DNA of 64,000 nucleotides from Eledone cirrhosa (lineage: Eukaryota). The translations under genes were made by a program, and so were the position numbers. The DNA is taken from contig OZ024742.1 of assembly GCA_964016885.1 (NCBI GenBank), positions 239,072,001 through 239,136,000 on the forward strand, in the 5' to 3' direction. The notes beneath the pieces are model-generated. The model made no database searches. It saw only the letters and a list, made by a program, of their open reading frames with translations, and had not been told where the DNA came from. Shown here piece after piece: positions 49,357-62,116 of this stretch (positions are counted from its first letter, which is position 1; each line of letters opens with the position of its first letter).

Positions 49357-50338
49357 TTGAGAGGGTCATGCTGCCAATAAAAATTGAATTTCACTTCAAT
49401 TAATTATTATAATTTTCTGTCTGTTAGTTTAATAACCGGATGGTTGTTTAGTTTTTGTCAAAGCTCTTTCGTCACACATTCTGTGATCTCTTCAGTTACT
49501 ATTCTTGTTACTTTGTTTCTCATCTTTGTTCTATTTTACACCATCTTTATAAGCAGTGTACCTGGACTGCACGCGTTTTAATTTTTTTCTCTTTTTTCTA
49601 CTTGTCACTAGTTAGTTAATTATTATCCTTATTTTTGTATTCTGTATATGTGTGTGGTGGTGGAGGGGTCTGTCAATGTATTTTATTAGTTTTTTTATAG
49701 TGTGTCTTTATATTGTCCTTAATCACTATGTTGTACGGTTCCATTCATGCTTTCTATTTAATAAGTCCATTTATGTTTGTGACTTCTGTAATGTCGGAGC
49801 TTTGCGTCTGTTCTGTGTGTCGACAGAATTTTTATCTCAATGTCCTCTAGTGAGCCCTCATGTTCTATTCTGGCATGTTGGTGGAGTACTGCTGAGTTTT
49901 TCTCATCTTGTAGTTCTTTCATCCCACCTATGTATAGTGTGTTCCTACACTATCCCCCCATGCATCTTATGCATCTAGTTTTACAGTTAATCTATGGGTT
50001 TAATCTGCACACATATATAGAATACAAAAATCAGGATAACAGTTAATTAACTTGTGACAACTAGAAAAGAGAATAGAAGAAAAAAAACATACACTCACCT
50101 AGATGTAACGGATGCACAGTCCAAGTACACAGCTCACAAAGACAAGATGGTGTAAAATAGAACAAAGTAACAAAAGTAGTCACTGAAGAGGTCACAGAAT
50201 GTGTGATGAAAGAGCTTTGACAATTAACAACTAAACAACCATCCGGTTATTAAACTAACCAACAGAAAATTATAATAATAAATTGAAGTGAAACTCAACA
50301 GATGCATGTGTTTTTATTGGCAGCATTACTCTCCCAAA
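49357..50338 (-). mobile_element. 5'-truncated Penelope-like element with inverted pLTRs, each carrying a hammerhead motif (49457-49499 minus; 50179-50221 plus)
   Basis: Arms ~49357-49655 and ~50005-50338 are reverse complements. The spacer encodes (minus) NSAVLHQHARIEH..IEIKIL..LNRKHEWN, a GIY-YIG C-terminus. Confidence 0.8.
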
Positions 50339-50459
50339 GTATAACAACACACGTTTTCACATAAAAAATCTTGCAAAACAAATACAAAAACAAAGTATGA
50401 GAGAGAGAGAAAGAGAAATATTTAAAGATTATTAAGACTATTCTCTACTTCTGTTTCAG

Positions 50460-50546
50460 GGTGCAAACAAACATGTCAAAGCACCAGATGGACGTCATAT
50501 CATCGAATGTGCAGAGACGGAGGAAATCAAGTCATTACTGCAATAA
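50460..50546 (+). CDS. MTPN: Myotrophin exon 4: GANKHVKAPDGRHIIECAETEEIKSLLQ*
   Basis: Acceptor TTCTGTTTCAG|. Matches human GADK.VK.PDG....A.....IK.LLQ*. The spliced total is 25+37+28+28 = 118 aa. Confidence 0.95.
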   Translation, partial: GANKHVKAPDGRHIIECAETEEIKSLLQ

Positions 50547-51329
50547 GTGCCCTAAATGTTTAAATGTTTCACTACACCACCACCAGTAGCAGCAGCAGTA
50601 ACATCAGTATATGCACTGAAAACATGATGCCCATCTACAGAACAAATTTAGTCCCCACGCATTCAATTTCTTCACTTTGCCTTTCCTCCTATTTCTCCTC
50701 TACCTTCTCTCTATTTCTCTCTCACACACACATCCATACTTGAATGTTCATAAACACAGAAATAGTTGCTTATCACTCCTACCTTATTCATGCACTTACA
50801 AACAAGCAATTGACTGAGCCTTTGTTTCTTTTGTTTACAAAAGAAAACGATGAAAAATTAAAATGTCAGTTTAGCAGTCTGTTTTATGATTATTGCAGTA
50901 TCGATAGAGGGTCGGACACGATGTTTTGCAGCATAGTTACGGTCCTTTACCATCTGAGTACAAATCCCGCCGAGGTTAACTTTGCCTTTCATCCTTACGG
51001 GGTCGATAAAATAAAGTACCAGTAATGCACTGGGGTAATTGCTGGCCTTGTGCCAAAAGTAGAAACAATTATTATTAATATTTATAAGAAAAAAGAAAAA
51101 AAAAAGATTTTCCTCTCAGATAACCTTTCTTCTTTCCTGATCATAGATATATTTATACTCTCCTTATTAACTAGATGAGCATCCAAACCATATAAATGGT
51201 TCAAAGTTATAGTGACTTTCTGCTTGCATGTTGAACCCGACATTTATTGGTGAAATATTGCACTCAACCTCTGTTACACTAATATAAATACTGCCGCTAT
51301 ATATATATATTTATATATATATATATATG

Positions 51330-51385
<56 letters not shown>

Positions 51386-51475
51386 ATATACACACACATG
51401 GCATTTTTTGTTATGTCTCTATGAAATATTCTGGACCTTTTTTCTTTCTTTTTTAAGGAACCCCCAATTTGGATA

Positions 51476-51481
51476 AATAAA
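51476..51481 (+). terminator. Candidate MTPN polyadenylation signal
   Basis: AATAAA is followed ~30 nt later by a U/GU-rich tract. Alternatives exist at 51010 and 51601. Confidence 0.35.
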
Positions 51482-53204
51482 GCAAAAAATTGAAATAATT
51501 TTTTAAAATTAGTTTGTGTTTTCTTTTTATATATGTAAACTGTTTCATTTTTTTGTATTAGCTGCAGTACCCTATCTTACTCAGGTTTGTTAATACTTTA
51601 AATAAATACAACCACATGAATTCACACTATTTTGGATCAATTGCTTTAAAAAGATGCTGACAATCTTCATTTAGGCCAGGAATTGTTGCAGCCAAAGCAA
51701 TTCAGAAAACTGTTAAAAAGAAAAAAATACATAAAATAAAGATTTATTTTACTAACGAATATAGAATTTAATTCTTAATACACTGTAACGATTTAGCAGA
51801 AAATATCTTTAAAAAAAAACGTATTTGTTAATTTTTACAAGTGTACAGATCATTCTGAAGACATACAATAAACTAAAATAAACACTTTAATTTTTAATGT
51901 GATACAGTCATAGTGTTGTTTTGTACTTTCCAAGAATGTCTTATTAATGTGATTTCATGTGGTACTAAACATGATATTTTTCTCGATAAAACAATACCTA
52001 AATGAATTGTTTTTCTAATCAGTAACTTTTTCCGGTGTCTATTATAGTGCTTAAACTGATTGAAAAGTTGTCACAAGTGAAGTAGTAGACTTCCATCTGT
52101 CCTGGTCATTAACATATAGGCATAGAAATAATTTGCCAACACTTTCTTCCTATCGTATGTTTGGATACTAAAGTTCTATCTTATCCAGAATATAAGAGGT
52201 TATTGCAATGGGTCATAAGAATGGTGTGTTCCTGATACTGGTGAGCAGCTGGTTACTTTTCTGTCAAATTATGTCTCTTTGGTACTCCAACCCAGTAACT
52301 AGAATGACAACATTACTGTAAATAGGAACATTATATGATATGTTTTCAAATGAGCACTTTATCTGCATAGATGATAACTTTCATGTTAGTTTCATTCGTG
52401 TTTTAAAGCTCATTACATTGTTATAGTGAATATCAAAAACAACATTCTGAAATACCTGAAATTTTTCGTACAACATTGCCTTGTCTGTTCTTGCACATCA
52501 CCCTTGCAATATATCTGAAGATATTTGTGATCAGCATTTGAAAGTCGAAGAAGTGACCTTGCATGATAAATTTACTACCCGCATCCACTGGGGAGACCCA
52601 AGAAGACCTGGGATGAGGTGATAGAAGCTGATCTTGGCCAATTGCACCTCTCAAAGGCAATGACACAGGACCGAAACCTCTAGCAGTAATATAGAAGACC
52701 CAACTTCCCACAGGCCGAAGCTGAAGCATACATACAGTATGCTCCCACTGTAAAGTGGTCGTGTAGGTGTCCTGATAAAAAGCCTCCAGTACTCACTGTA
52801 AATGTGGTTGATGTTAAGAAGAGCATCCAGCTGTAGAAATCAAGCCCAAATCAGTTCTATATGAGCAAGACATGGCCACCTGACCTGGCATTGCCCACAA
52901 CAGGACAACTCGTCTAATCCATGCTAGTGTGGAAAATGAACGTAAAATGGTGAAGATGAAGCAATATTTGTATGTCCTTGCCTTAGAAAATCATTTGATT
53001 CTTCAATTCTTCCTTTCAATAATTATTCAAGTGGATCTGGAGGCATTGCTAATCATATAACATCCGTCTTGCTTGCTAGTAAGGGATGGGTGGATTTTCA
53101 TTGACCAAGTTACTACTTAAGCAGTGGAGCTACTGCCCTCTCAGAAGAGTTATAACTTTACTATTCCATTTCAGCTGCACAAACTTGGAACTTCTTTCCA
53201 CTTA

Positions 53205-53365
53205 CCATATTTCCCAGCGTCGAAGACGCTACTTTTTTCCTAAAATAAGTATCAATCTACCATGCATCCTGGAGGTTGTAGGTTGTTTATTTTTTTCAAA
53301 TTTTTGGTTGTCAAAATTAGGGTGCATCCTTCAGGACGAAGTGTCTTCGGCGCCAGGAAATACTG
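53205..53365. mobile_element. Tc2/pogo-type MITE
   Basis: TA|CCATATTTCCCAGCGTCGAAGACGC ... GTGTCTTCGGCGCCAGGAAATACTG|TA: ~25-bp imperfect TIR and TA duplication. Confidence 0.8.
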
Positions 53366-53477
53366 TACTTGCTTTACAATACATACTAATCAGACACATT
53401 CCACCAATCAATTAGCTTAGATTTCTAATGTTTTTGTTATAGTCAAATGTTGCTCTTTCTTTAGCCCTTTCATTACT

Positions 53478-53750
53478 AGGCATGAGGTGTTCAGGATCGC
53501 AAGACAGTGTGTCGGGGAAAATTGTGATGTTGGTATGTCCGAAACGATTTCGGGGAATTTGCCCTCACTGACGCTAAAAAGAAGGTAGCATGGAAGTGCT
53601 ATTATGAAAGATTACTGAATAAGGAGAATGTATGTGATGAAGACAGTTTCTCTCAAGTCAACCCATCAGAGGGGCTGGCTGTACAACTTAGTAGTAGTAA
53701 GTAAGGCAATCAAGGATATGAAGTCTGGCAGGGCAGCAGGACCCTCCGGG
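53478..53750 (+). mobile_element. Internal RTE LINE fragment
   Basis: EVFRIARQCV..KKVAWKCYYERLLN..KAIKDMKSGRAAGPSG is homologous to 38420-38710. Confidence 0.8.
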
Positions 53751-56486
53751 ATTCAACTCAGTTGGATGAATATATTTTTGTAGAACTCGTGTCCTTTTGA
53801 TGATTTGATCTCAATCCATTGTTAGGGAACCGTCATCTAAGACTCTTGTGAATTGCAGTTTTCCTTTGCTTAATTTCTTCTTTATCATTTTGAAGCCTTT
53901 TCCTTATTTCACGATTTTTTGGATGGTTGTTGGTTGCAAAGGTCTTCTCATTGGTTTTTTTCCGATGGTTTTGTTAAGTACTGATGCTTTAATCTTTTCC
54001 CTGGCTGTTAGAGTTTTGAGATTCAAAGGAATATTAGATAACACTAAGTCTAGTATTGAAATAAAGTTTCTTTAAATCATTTCAGTCGATTTTGAAAGAG
54101 ACTGAGTAACAGTACATCCAATTTTTAAATAATGATTCTTTAAATCCTGTACATCAGGTATTGCAATCACATTTCTTCTTGGTACTATCCATTTTGCTAA
54201 TTTAAATCTCGATTATCTTTTCTTATAAATGATTCTGTATATTCTACTTTTTTTAGTTCATATTTCTTATTTTTAAAAAATTAATTCCTGCGTTTTTTTC
54301 TAAAAACTAGTTTGATTTTAGGAATATATTTAGCTGTTATTTGTAGTTCCTTCAATGGCTCTAGACGTCTTATTTTTATACCTCTACAAATTTCTGTTTG
54401 TATGCCCATATGGCTTTCTGGCTTTCACAAATATAAGAATTGTACTTTAGTATTAAAGTAAATAAACCATAAAATCAAATGTCATTGCATGAAAGAAATT
54501 TTATCTTTAATTATAAGTAATTCATTACATTGCATACTCCTAGAATAGAGGTTATGGAGTATCTGAGAGTGGATAAAATGATTGTTTTATTCGAAAATTG
54601 GTATGGGTTAAAATCTCATTGAAGGTGCTGAACTGGGCAGTTTCAATCATGATTTTTACTGGTTCATATCTTATCTTTGCTTATTTAAGATGTAGCTCAT
54701 TATTTTGTAGAAAATAAATGTTGCATTAAATCGTGAGAAGAAATATTTTACTGCAAATTCAAATCATTTACATGTCAAAAATGTAGTTTTCTTTATCATA
54801 CATTTGTATACATTACAAAACACATACAGTAGCCACAAAAAAAAACAATTGGAGAGCATTATTTATGCTGTTAGATAAAACTTAGTCTTTAGGTTGCTAG
54901 GTAGGGTGATTTATTTTTTTTAGTGACACAATGTTTGAGAGATTTAAGCACAGGACTGCTATGTGAAATGAAAGCAAGAGTTGTATAATCCTTTAGCATT
55001 TACATTACTCTATATTTACCATTATATTTTCACGGTAAAGGCTTTACCTCACATAATATTGAACCTATGACATTTTCATATTATTTATTTTGAGAACAAT
55101 ACCTCAAGTATGAATGGCCAGTCTGAACAAAATGAGGTGAGAAATTCTGGCCAGTTTAAATGCTAAAGGGTTAAAGAAGTACTGAGCACTTGAGATAAAT
55201 GGAACCAATAGAAGATGGATATCAAGGAAGGTGTGGGACAAAGTTGTAAAGAACCTCACAAAGGAGATGACACAGATTCATGATGTAGTGATTCACTGTG
55301 TTAAGGAAAAGACTCACCCACTAGTACAGCAATGCTAAATCTAAATATGGTGAGGGATTAGAGGCTAGATGGAGTAGAGAGGTCCCTTTTTATCTTGCAA
55401 TTGGTGGTTCTGGAGAGAAACGAATTGAGACAACATGGTTAACAAGGAACCTCTGGTCTTGTCAAAGACCTGACAACCTATTGGCATGATAAAATGCATC
55501 CAGTAGACTATAAAGTGGTATTGCTAGCGCCATGATAAAATATACCCAATGCACTTTGCTTCCTGAAATTCACCAATGTTACACCTGATACCCCCCCCCC
55601 CCTCAATACACACACATGTATTTCCTGACTCATACAATGTTCATTTTCCTGACATTTGAACATTATTCTATGTACTATACATGCACCTTTGATGAGTTGT
55701 AGTACACCTGAGCACTGTACACGATAATTTTATCATTATTATTATTTTAAACCTGGTAGAGCCCATGAAAGGCAAAATTGACCTCATCAGGAGTGCAAAG
55801 AGCCAGAATAAATACCACAAAGTATTCTATCTGATGTTCTAATGACTGCCAATTCACCACATTACTTACTCATCTTAACACTTCTTAAAACACTAACTTA
55901 ATTTACTGCAGACTTTGAACAAAATAGTTACTGGCTAACATTATCTTGCATTTTTTTCATTCAAAAGTATCATTCCTTAGAGTGCAGCATGACTAAATGG
56001 TCAAGAAGTTCACTTTGCACCCATTAGACTGTACATTTACATATGTTAAAAAAGTTAACATTAAACTACCTAAATATCATCTCTATAGCAGTTGTATGTA
56101 TGTGTGAATACATATATATAAACGAAGTATATATGAGGCACTATGAAGTGTCTTTCAAATTAGTCCACATGCATTTTTTATTCAAATATTGTCCACCCAA
56201 ACCAGCAGCAACAACAACAACAAAAACAATCACAAGAACCATGTCAGCAACAGCCACTCCTAAATGACCAGTTCAAATACTGCTGTACACATTCCAGTTA
56301 TTTAAATTTGCTTCTTCCTCAAAGTACCCAAGTGACTGAACTACATTTTCAACATCTGTAACTGCTTATATATGTGTCTGTGTGTGTCAGACTTATTCTA
56401 AGTACAATTCAGCCAGAGATTGAGAGGTTACTTCACTTCACCAAACACATCCTTCTCATTGAACCCCTTCCTGTTTTAGTGGTATA

Positions 56487-57829
56487 CTAGCAGAGGTACC
56501 CGGCGTTGTTCGGATATTAAATAGCAGTTGTGTTTACCAGTTATGTCAATACTTCAGTGCTGCTCCGAAAACTATACTTTTACAAAATCATCGGCTTTTT
56601 CCAAAAGGGGGTTCCTGCCCCCAGGGGTCCCCTACCCAATATGTTCACATTCATCTGTAGGACAAACGTAGCCCATGTGTCAAGTTTTATGAAAATCGGT
56701 TGCGAACTCCAGAAGTTATGACGTTTTGTTGCATTGCACTGCAGTGCTTCAGTCGACTCCAAGGAAGTGGTTAAAGTGGTTAAAGGGGTTATCTGCCGGG
56801 GGGCCCTATAATCAATATCTGGAAAAATGACAGTGCCCATGACCATCCGGAGTACATAAGTAACCTATGTCTTAAGTTTGGTGAAAATACTGTAGAAAGG
56901 CATAAGGTTTATACATACGCGTGTACGTTCGTGTGTGTGGGGGTGGGTGTGTATGTCCGTCGGGGCATACGTATGTACTGGCCTAAATCTTCACTATTTA
57001 CTTTTACTATTTTAATAAACTCTGTCATTTCGTTTTCAATTTTATTTACATCATTCTTAAACTCCGGGGCTGGAAATCATTCTGTTATTTTAAATAGAAT
57101 ATTAGTATAACGACTCCATTTATACCATAAACTTGGTCTTGTCTTTGCATGAAATTGTTCTTCTCGGTCCACATAACGGCGTATTATCCTCGCTTTTTTT
57201 CCCGTTCATTGCCAGGGAACGTCTTCACGAACCAAAATATCGTCTTCTTGTTTTCGTTTGGTTGCAACGTTTCTCGAAATATTTACTTCTGCGTTCACAG
57301 ATTACTTCCAATTTATATAGTAGATTTGTTTATATATAAATTACAAAAATAAAAGTACAAAACTATACATGAATTGTTTCTACTAAACCTTCAATTTAAG
57401 ACACAACCTACATATTTGATAGGACTCCAGCTCACTTCTTCTTCTTCTTTTGCTCCCCTGGAACATTGGGCTCCGAGCCACCCCCACACGACGCCATGTT
57501 CTGAGTCTGCTTTTCAACTCCACCGTGATGCATGGTGTATCTAACCATTTTTTTTAGGTCTTACTACGCGATTTTACTGCTTTATTTGTATGAAATTGTA
57601 AATAAGACAAAAGTATTAGAACAGGGGGAAATAACTCACCGAACGCGATAGTTTTGGGGTCCCAGGGATCACATTTTTCAAGTTAGAGATTTGAAACCTC
57701 GTCTATTTGCTTCCTTGGCACTTTTTACATAGGTGTGTAAATTTTCATGTCAGTCCGACCACGTCTACTACCATTTAACCGTGCACATCTGAATTTCAAC
57801 CACCACCCATTTCACAAATATATATTAGA
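56487..57829 (-). mobile_element. Non-autonomous Helitron (DINE/HINE-like)
   Basis: Minus-strand 3' end AACGCCGGGTACCTCTG-CTAG|T. Putative 5' end TCTAATATATAT. Internal CAAGTTTTATGAAAATCGGT motifs. Confidence 0.65.
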
Positions 57830-58032
57830 CTATTGACGTCTCCAATATGCATTGTAAATTTATGCATTATTTTATTGAATAAGAATATATTTGCGTATGT
57901 AGAAAGATCTCTTTTATGGCAGTGGACTGGGGGACGCTATGAATTCATTATTTATAATGTTATTATAGTATTGTATACACATGATATAATAGTATATTAA
58001 ATATCGAATGATACATATTATATATAAGCTTT

Positions 58033-60352
58033 GTGGGGGTAGGCATTTTACTGGCTGAGAGATGGATCAATAAGATAATAGAGGTAGTTAGAGTTAGTAA
58101 TAGAATAATTAAGCTTAGATTAGTTGTAGGCAAGAGACTGTTGACAATCATCTCTGCCTATGCTCCCCAGGCAGGCTTAGGTAAAGAAGAGAAAGACTGC
58201 TTTTACGAGCAACTTTTAGAAACAGCCACAATGACAGAGGACAGAGACATTGTTATGCTAGCAGGGGACTTCAATGGTCATGTTGGACAGCTCCAGGATG
58301 GATACACTGGGGTACATGGTGGGGACGGTTATGGCTCAAGAAATGAAGAAGGTGTGAGGCTTCTTGAATTTTGTGATGCAAGTGCACTAAACATTTTCAA
58401 CATTAACTTCAAGAAACCTACCAACCGCCTAATAACCTTCAAATCAGGCGAGCACATAAGCCAGATTAACTTCTTGCTAGTTAGGCAGCGAGACTGACAG
58501 ATGGGGTCAAATACTAAGGCATACCCCGGGGAAGCATGTACCCCACAACATAGGTTAGTTGTTAGTGACATCTCAGTAAGCAAGAAACAAAATGAGACAT
58601 ACAGGAAGGTATGGAAAAGAAAGGTCTGGATGCTAAAAGACCTTTCGCTAAAATATAAATTCAGGAAAGCCCTCCAAGATGTGTATGATGAAAAAGAAGA
58701 TGATTTAGAATCATAAGACATAGATGATAACTGGAATTTCTTACGTGACAACTTACTGCAGGCTACTGATGAAACTTGTGGCTGGAGCAGAGCTCCGATC
58801 AGACAGAGAGTGACCAGGTGGTGGAACAGCACGGTAGATAGAGCCATTAGAGACAAAAGACTACAAAATTGCTACAAAGGTAAAGGGGATGCTCTGGAGA
58901 GGAGCAATTATAGGGGCATAAAGCTGATGGATCAGGTTATGAAAGTGGCAGAGAGAATATTAGCACAACTAGAGAAATTAGATGAGATGCAGTTTGGTTT
59001 TGTGCCTGGAAAAAGTACAACAGATGTCCTCTTCTTAGTGAGACAACTACAAGAGAGGTTCTTAGAGAAGAAAAAGCCACTATACTTAGCTTTTGTTGAC
59101 CTAGAGAAGGCCTTTGATAGGCTACCCCCATCTGTCATCTGGTGGTCCCTAAGGAAACTAGAGGTAGAGGAATGGCTTGTGAGGACAGTGCAAGCTATGT
59201 ACAGAGGTGCTATCAGTAAAGTGAGAGTAGGAATGGTGTTTAGTGAGGAATTCCAGACACAAGTAGGAGTACATCAGGGTTCGGTCCTCAGCCCGCTCTT
59301 GTTCATCATAGTCCTCCAAGCCATAACAGAGGAGTTTAAGACTGGCTGCTCATGGGAACTTCTCTATGCTGATGATCTGGTTATTATAGCAGAATCAGTA
59401 GAGGAGCTAGAGAATAAATTCTGGCTATGGAAACAGCAGTTGGAATCAAGAGGTCTAAGAGTCATCCTAGCAAAGACTAAACTGTTGATAAGTCGGAAAG
59501 AGGACAAAACTCTGATTCCATCAGGGAAATTGCCATGTTCGATATGTAAAAAAAGGAACTGGCATACATTCTATAAAATGTACACAATGCAGATCTTGGG
59601 TACACAAGAGATGTAGTGGGATAGCAGGCAAACTAACAAGTAGGGAAAACTACATATGCAGTAGATGTACAGGGAAATTTGACAGTAGAAGTCGCAGTGA
59701 TAGACGCATTTTTCAAATGCAGGGGGGTTCTATAGAAGTGATAGCTTCCGGTACCTGGATGATTAGATTAGCATGGGAGGGGGGTGTTCCAATGTCATAG
59801 TATCTAGAATAAGGATGGGTTGGAAGAAGTTTAGGGAGCTGCTTCCTCTGTTAACTAAGAAGGGTTTCTCCCTGTGTACGACAGGCTGGTTATATGATGC
59901 CTGTGTGAGATGCGCGATGCTGCATGGTAGTGAAACATGGGCAGCAACTGTATGGATATGCGACAGCTGGAGAGAAATGAAGCAAGCATGCTCCGTTGGA
60001 TGTGCAATGTCAATGTGTGTGAACGACCAAGCAAAGATGAGTTGAGAGGGAAACTGTGTATAAGAGGGATAAGCTGTGGTGCAGGAGAGAAGACTGCAAT
60101 GGTGTGGACATGTGATGCGCATGGAGGATGACTGCTGGGTAAAGAAGTGCCAAGAAATCCCAGTAGAAGGAAGACGCAGTAGAGGAAGACCACGAAAAAC
60201 ATGGGCGGAGGTGGTGCGAGCGGACCTCAGATTGCTGAAACTCACGGAGGAGATGACAAAGGACTGTGACAAGTAGAGAGATGTTGTTTTGAATAGGACC
60301 CATCCCACCCTTGCAAGCAGGGAAAAGCGGACGTAAAATGATGATGATGATA
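58033..60352 (+). mobile_element. RTE LINE, short-tail family (same subfamily as 29628-32303), with an internal deletion at ~58865
   Basis: APE and RT ORFs nearly identical to the 29628 copy. Tail CCCTTGCAAGCAGGGAAAAGCGGACGTAAAATGATGATG. Confidence 0.95.
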
Positions 60353-60632
60353 GTAAAATGAAAATATATATAATATTTATTTATGCATAGTATATATTAT
60401 ATTATTTATCATATATAAAATTAACGATTTTATTTATTACATATTATTTACAATTTGTGTATAGACAGGTCTCTCTGGAATTAGGGGTGGGGGTGTTGAG
60501 GGTATTACATGGCCGTGAGGGGACCCCGAACGTTTGAGAACCTCTGATGTAGAGGTATCCTAATTTTTAGTTTGGGTGTTATTTTCCTAACTGCTAGGAG
60601 TGTCGTAAGATTTTACAAAGATATCGCAATTT

Positions 60633-60690
60633 ACACCTGATGATGTCACCAGGTTCATACGCAGCCTGGCCACTGAAATGTGCATAATGT
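60633..60690 (+). ncRNA. Type-I hammerhead-like motif, partly decayed
   Basis: ACAC CUGAUGA UGUCA-CCAGG..CCUGG-CCACU GAAA U GUGC A UA AUGU. Confidence 0.5.
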
Positions 60691-61206
60691 TTGCAGAAAT
60701 AAATAATTAACGGAATTCAACCTGTCTGGTCTCCTGCCATTTTACTTTATAATATATATACATATGTTCCACACTGTAAATGTGTTTGGTGTTAGGAAGG
60801 GCATCCAGCCGTATAAAGCCTGCCAGATAGTCCTATACGAGCGAGACACGGTCACCCGACCAGCCTTGGCACAACTCCCGTCTAACCCATGCTAGCGTGG
60901 AAGATGGACGTTAAACGGTGATGATGATGATATATATATATATATATATCTGTGTGTGTGTGTAAATGTAAGTATGCAAGTATGCACACGCACACACCTA
61001 TATATATATATACACACACATATATACATATACATATATACATATGTACGTATGGACTATATTGAACATTAATAATAACGTTTGATTCGTTTGTAAACAA
61101 ACGGCCCATTTAGAAGCTATGCTGTGCCGGTGACCGATCATCACCCGTTTGTTCAAATTCTTATTGCAAGATGCAGTGACCTCGCCCCAAACTATGAACA
61201 TTATAC

Positions 61207-61310
61207 TCTTTCTGATGAAGTGCAATATTTTATGTAATGCTTGCAATTGAGCATAAGACTATGCAATTAGCGCTCGTAGACTGATATTGTATTGAAACAT
61301 ATGTTAAGGA
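61207..61310 (+). ncRNA. Type-I hammerhead ribozyme motif with long stem II
   Basis: UCUUU CUGAUGA AGUGCAAUAU...AUAUUGUAUU GAAA C AUAU G UU AAGGA: 10-bp stem II base, palindromic loop III, 5-bp stem I. Confidence 0.75.
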
Positions 61311-61390
61311 ACAAACTCTAAATAAATCTTTCTCTTCTAGCCTTTACTTCTTGCCTGGTCCTTTGTTTTTCCTGGTTCTATACCTTTAAC

Positions 61391-61431
<41 letters not shown>

Positions 61432-61629
61432 ATACTTGGGGAGGGTCATATTTGTGTAATATTGCCAGAATTAATAACAGAACACACTCACTGTTTGGTT
61501 GGTTTTCGCTTTTCGCTTCTGTGTCTGTTATATTGGTAATTTAATTTATTCGGTCCTCAATGTTGCCATTGACTGACCAACGGTCAAAAATACAGATACA
61601 ATATAGACACAAACACATATATATAGTTT

Positions 61630-61671
61630 ATCAAAGTTCTTTCGTTGCACATCTGCAACATCGTCAGTGGT
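61630..61671 (-). ncRNA. Minimal type-I hammerhead motif in a Penelope pLTR-like unit (~61436-61745)
   Basis: ACCA CUGACGA U GUUGCA gaug UGCAAC GAAA G AA C UU UGAU. Confidence 0.7.
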
Positions 61672-62116
61672 GCTATTGTTTCCTCCCGTTGCATTGTATT
61701 TTCTACGCCATCTTTATTTAGTCTGTTTATATATTTATTTATTTGTTTATATATATATATATAGTGAAGGCGTGTGGCTGAGTGGTTAGTGAAGGCATGT
61801 GGCTGAGGGGTTAGAGAACTGGATTCGCAATCGTGAGGTTGTGAGTTCGATTCCTGGACCGGGCGATGCGTTATGTCCTTGAGCAAGACACTTTATTTCA
61901 CGTTGCTCCTTCTACCTGGAGTTGCGACCAATAGATAGTATTAGCAATTGGAAAGACCAATGGAAACACTGTTTTCTCGGTCCGATTTGACGAAAGTCGA
62001 TCATTAGGAATATATCTATCTATCTAAGGCGGGTAAAATTCCCGAGATCCATGGACGAGTTCTCTCCAGCGGTCTCTCCCTCTAGGAATATATATCTATA
62101 TATATATATATATATA

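Noticed and set aside
52512-52550. CUGAAGA...GAAA as a hammerhead
   Set aside because: No convincing stem II and no UH cleavage site or stem I.
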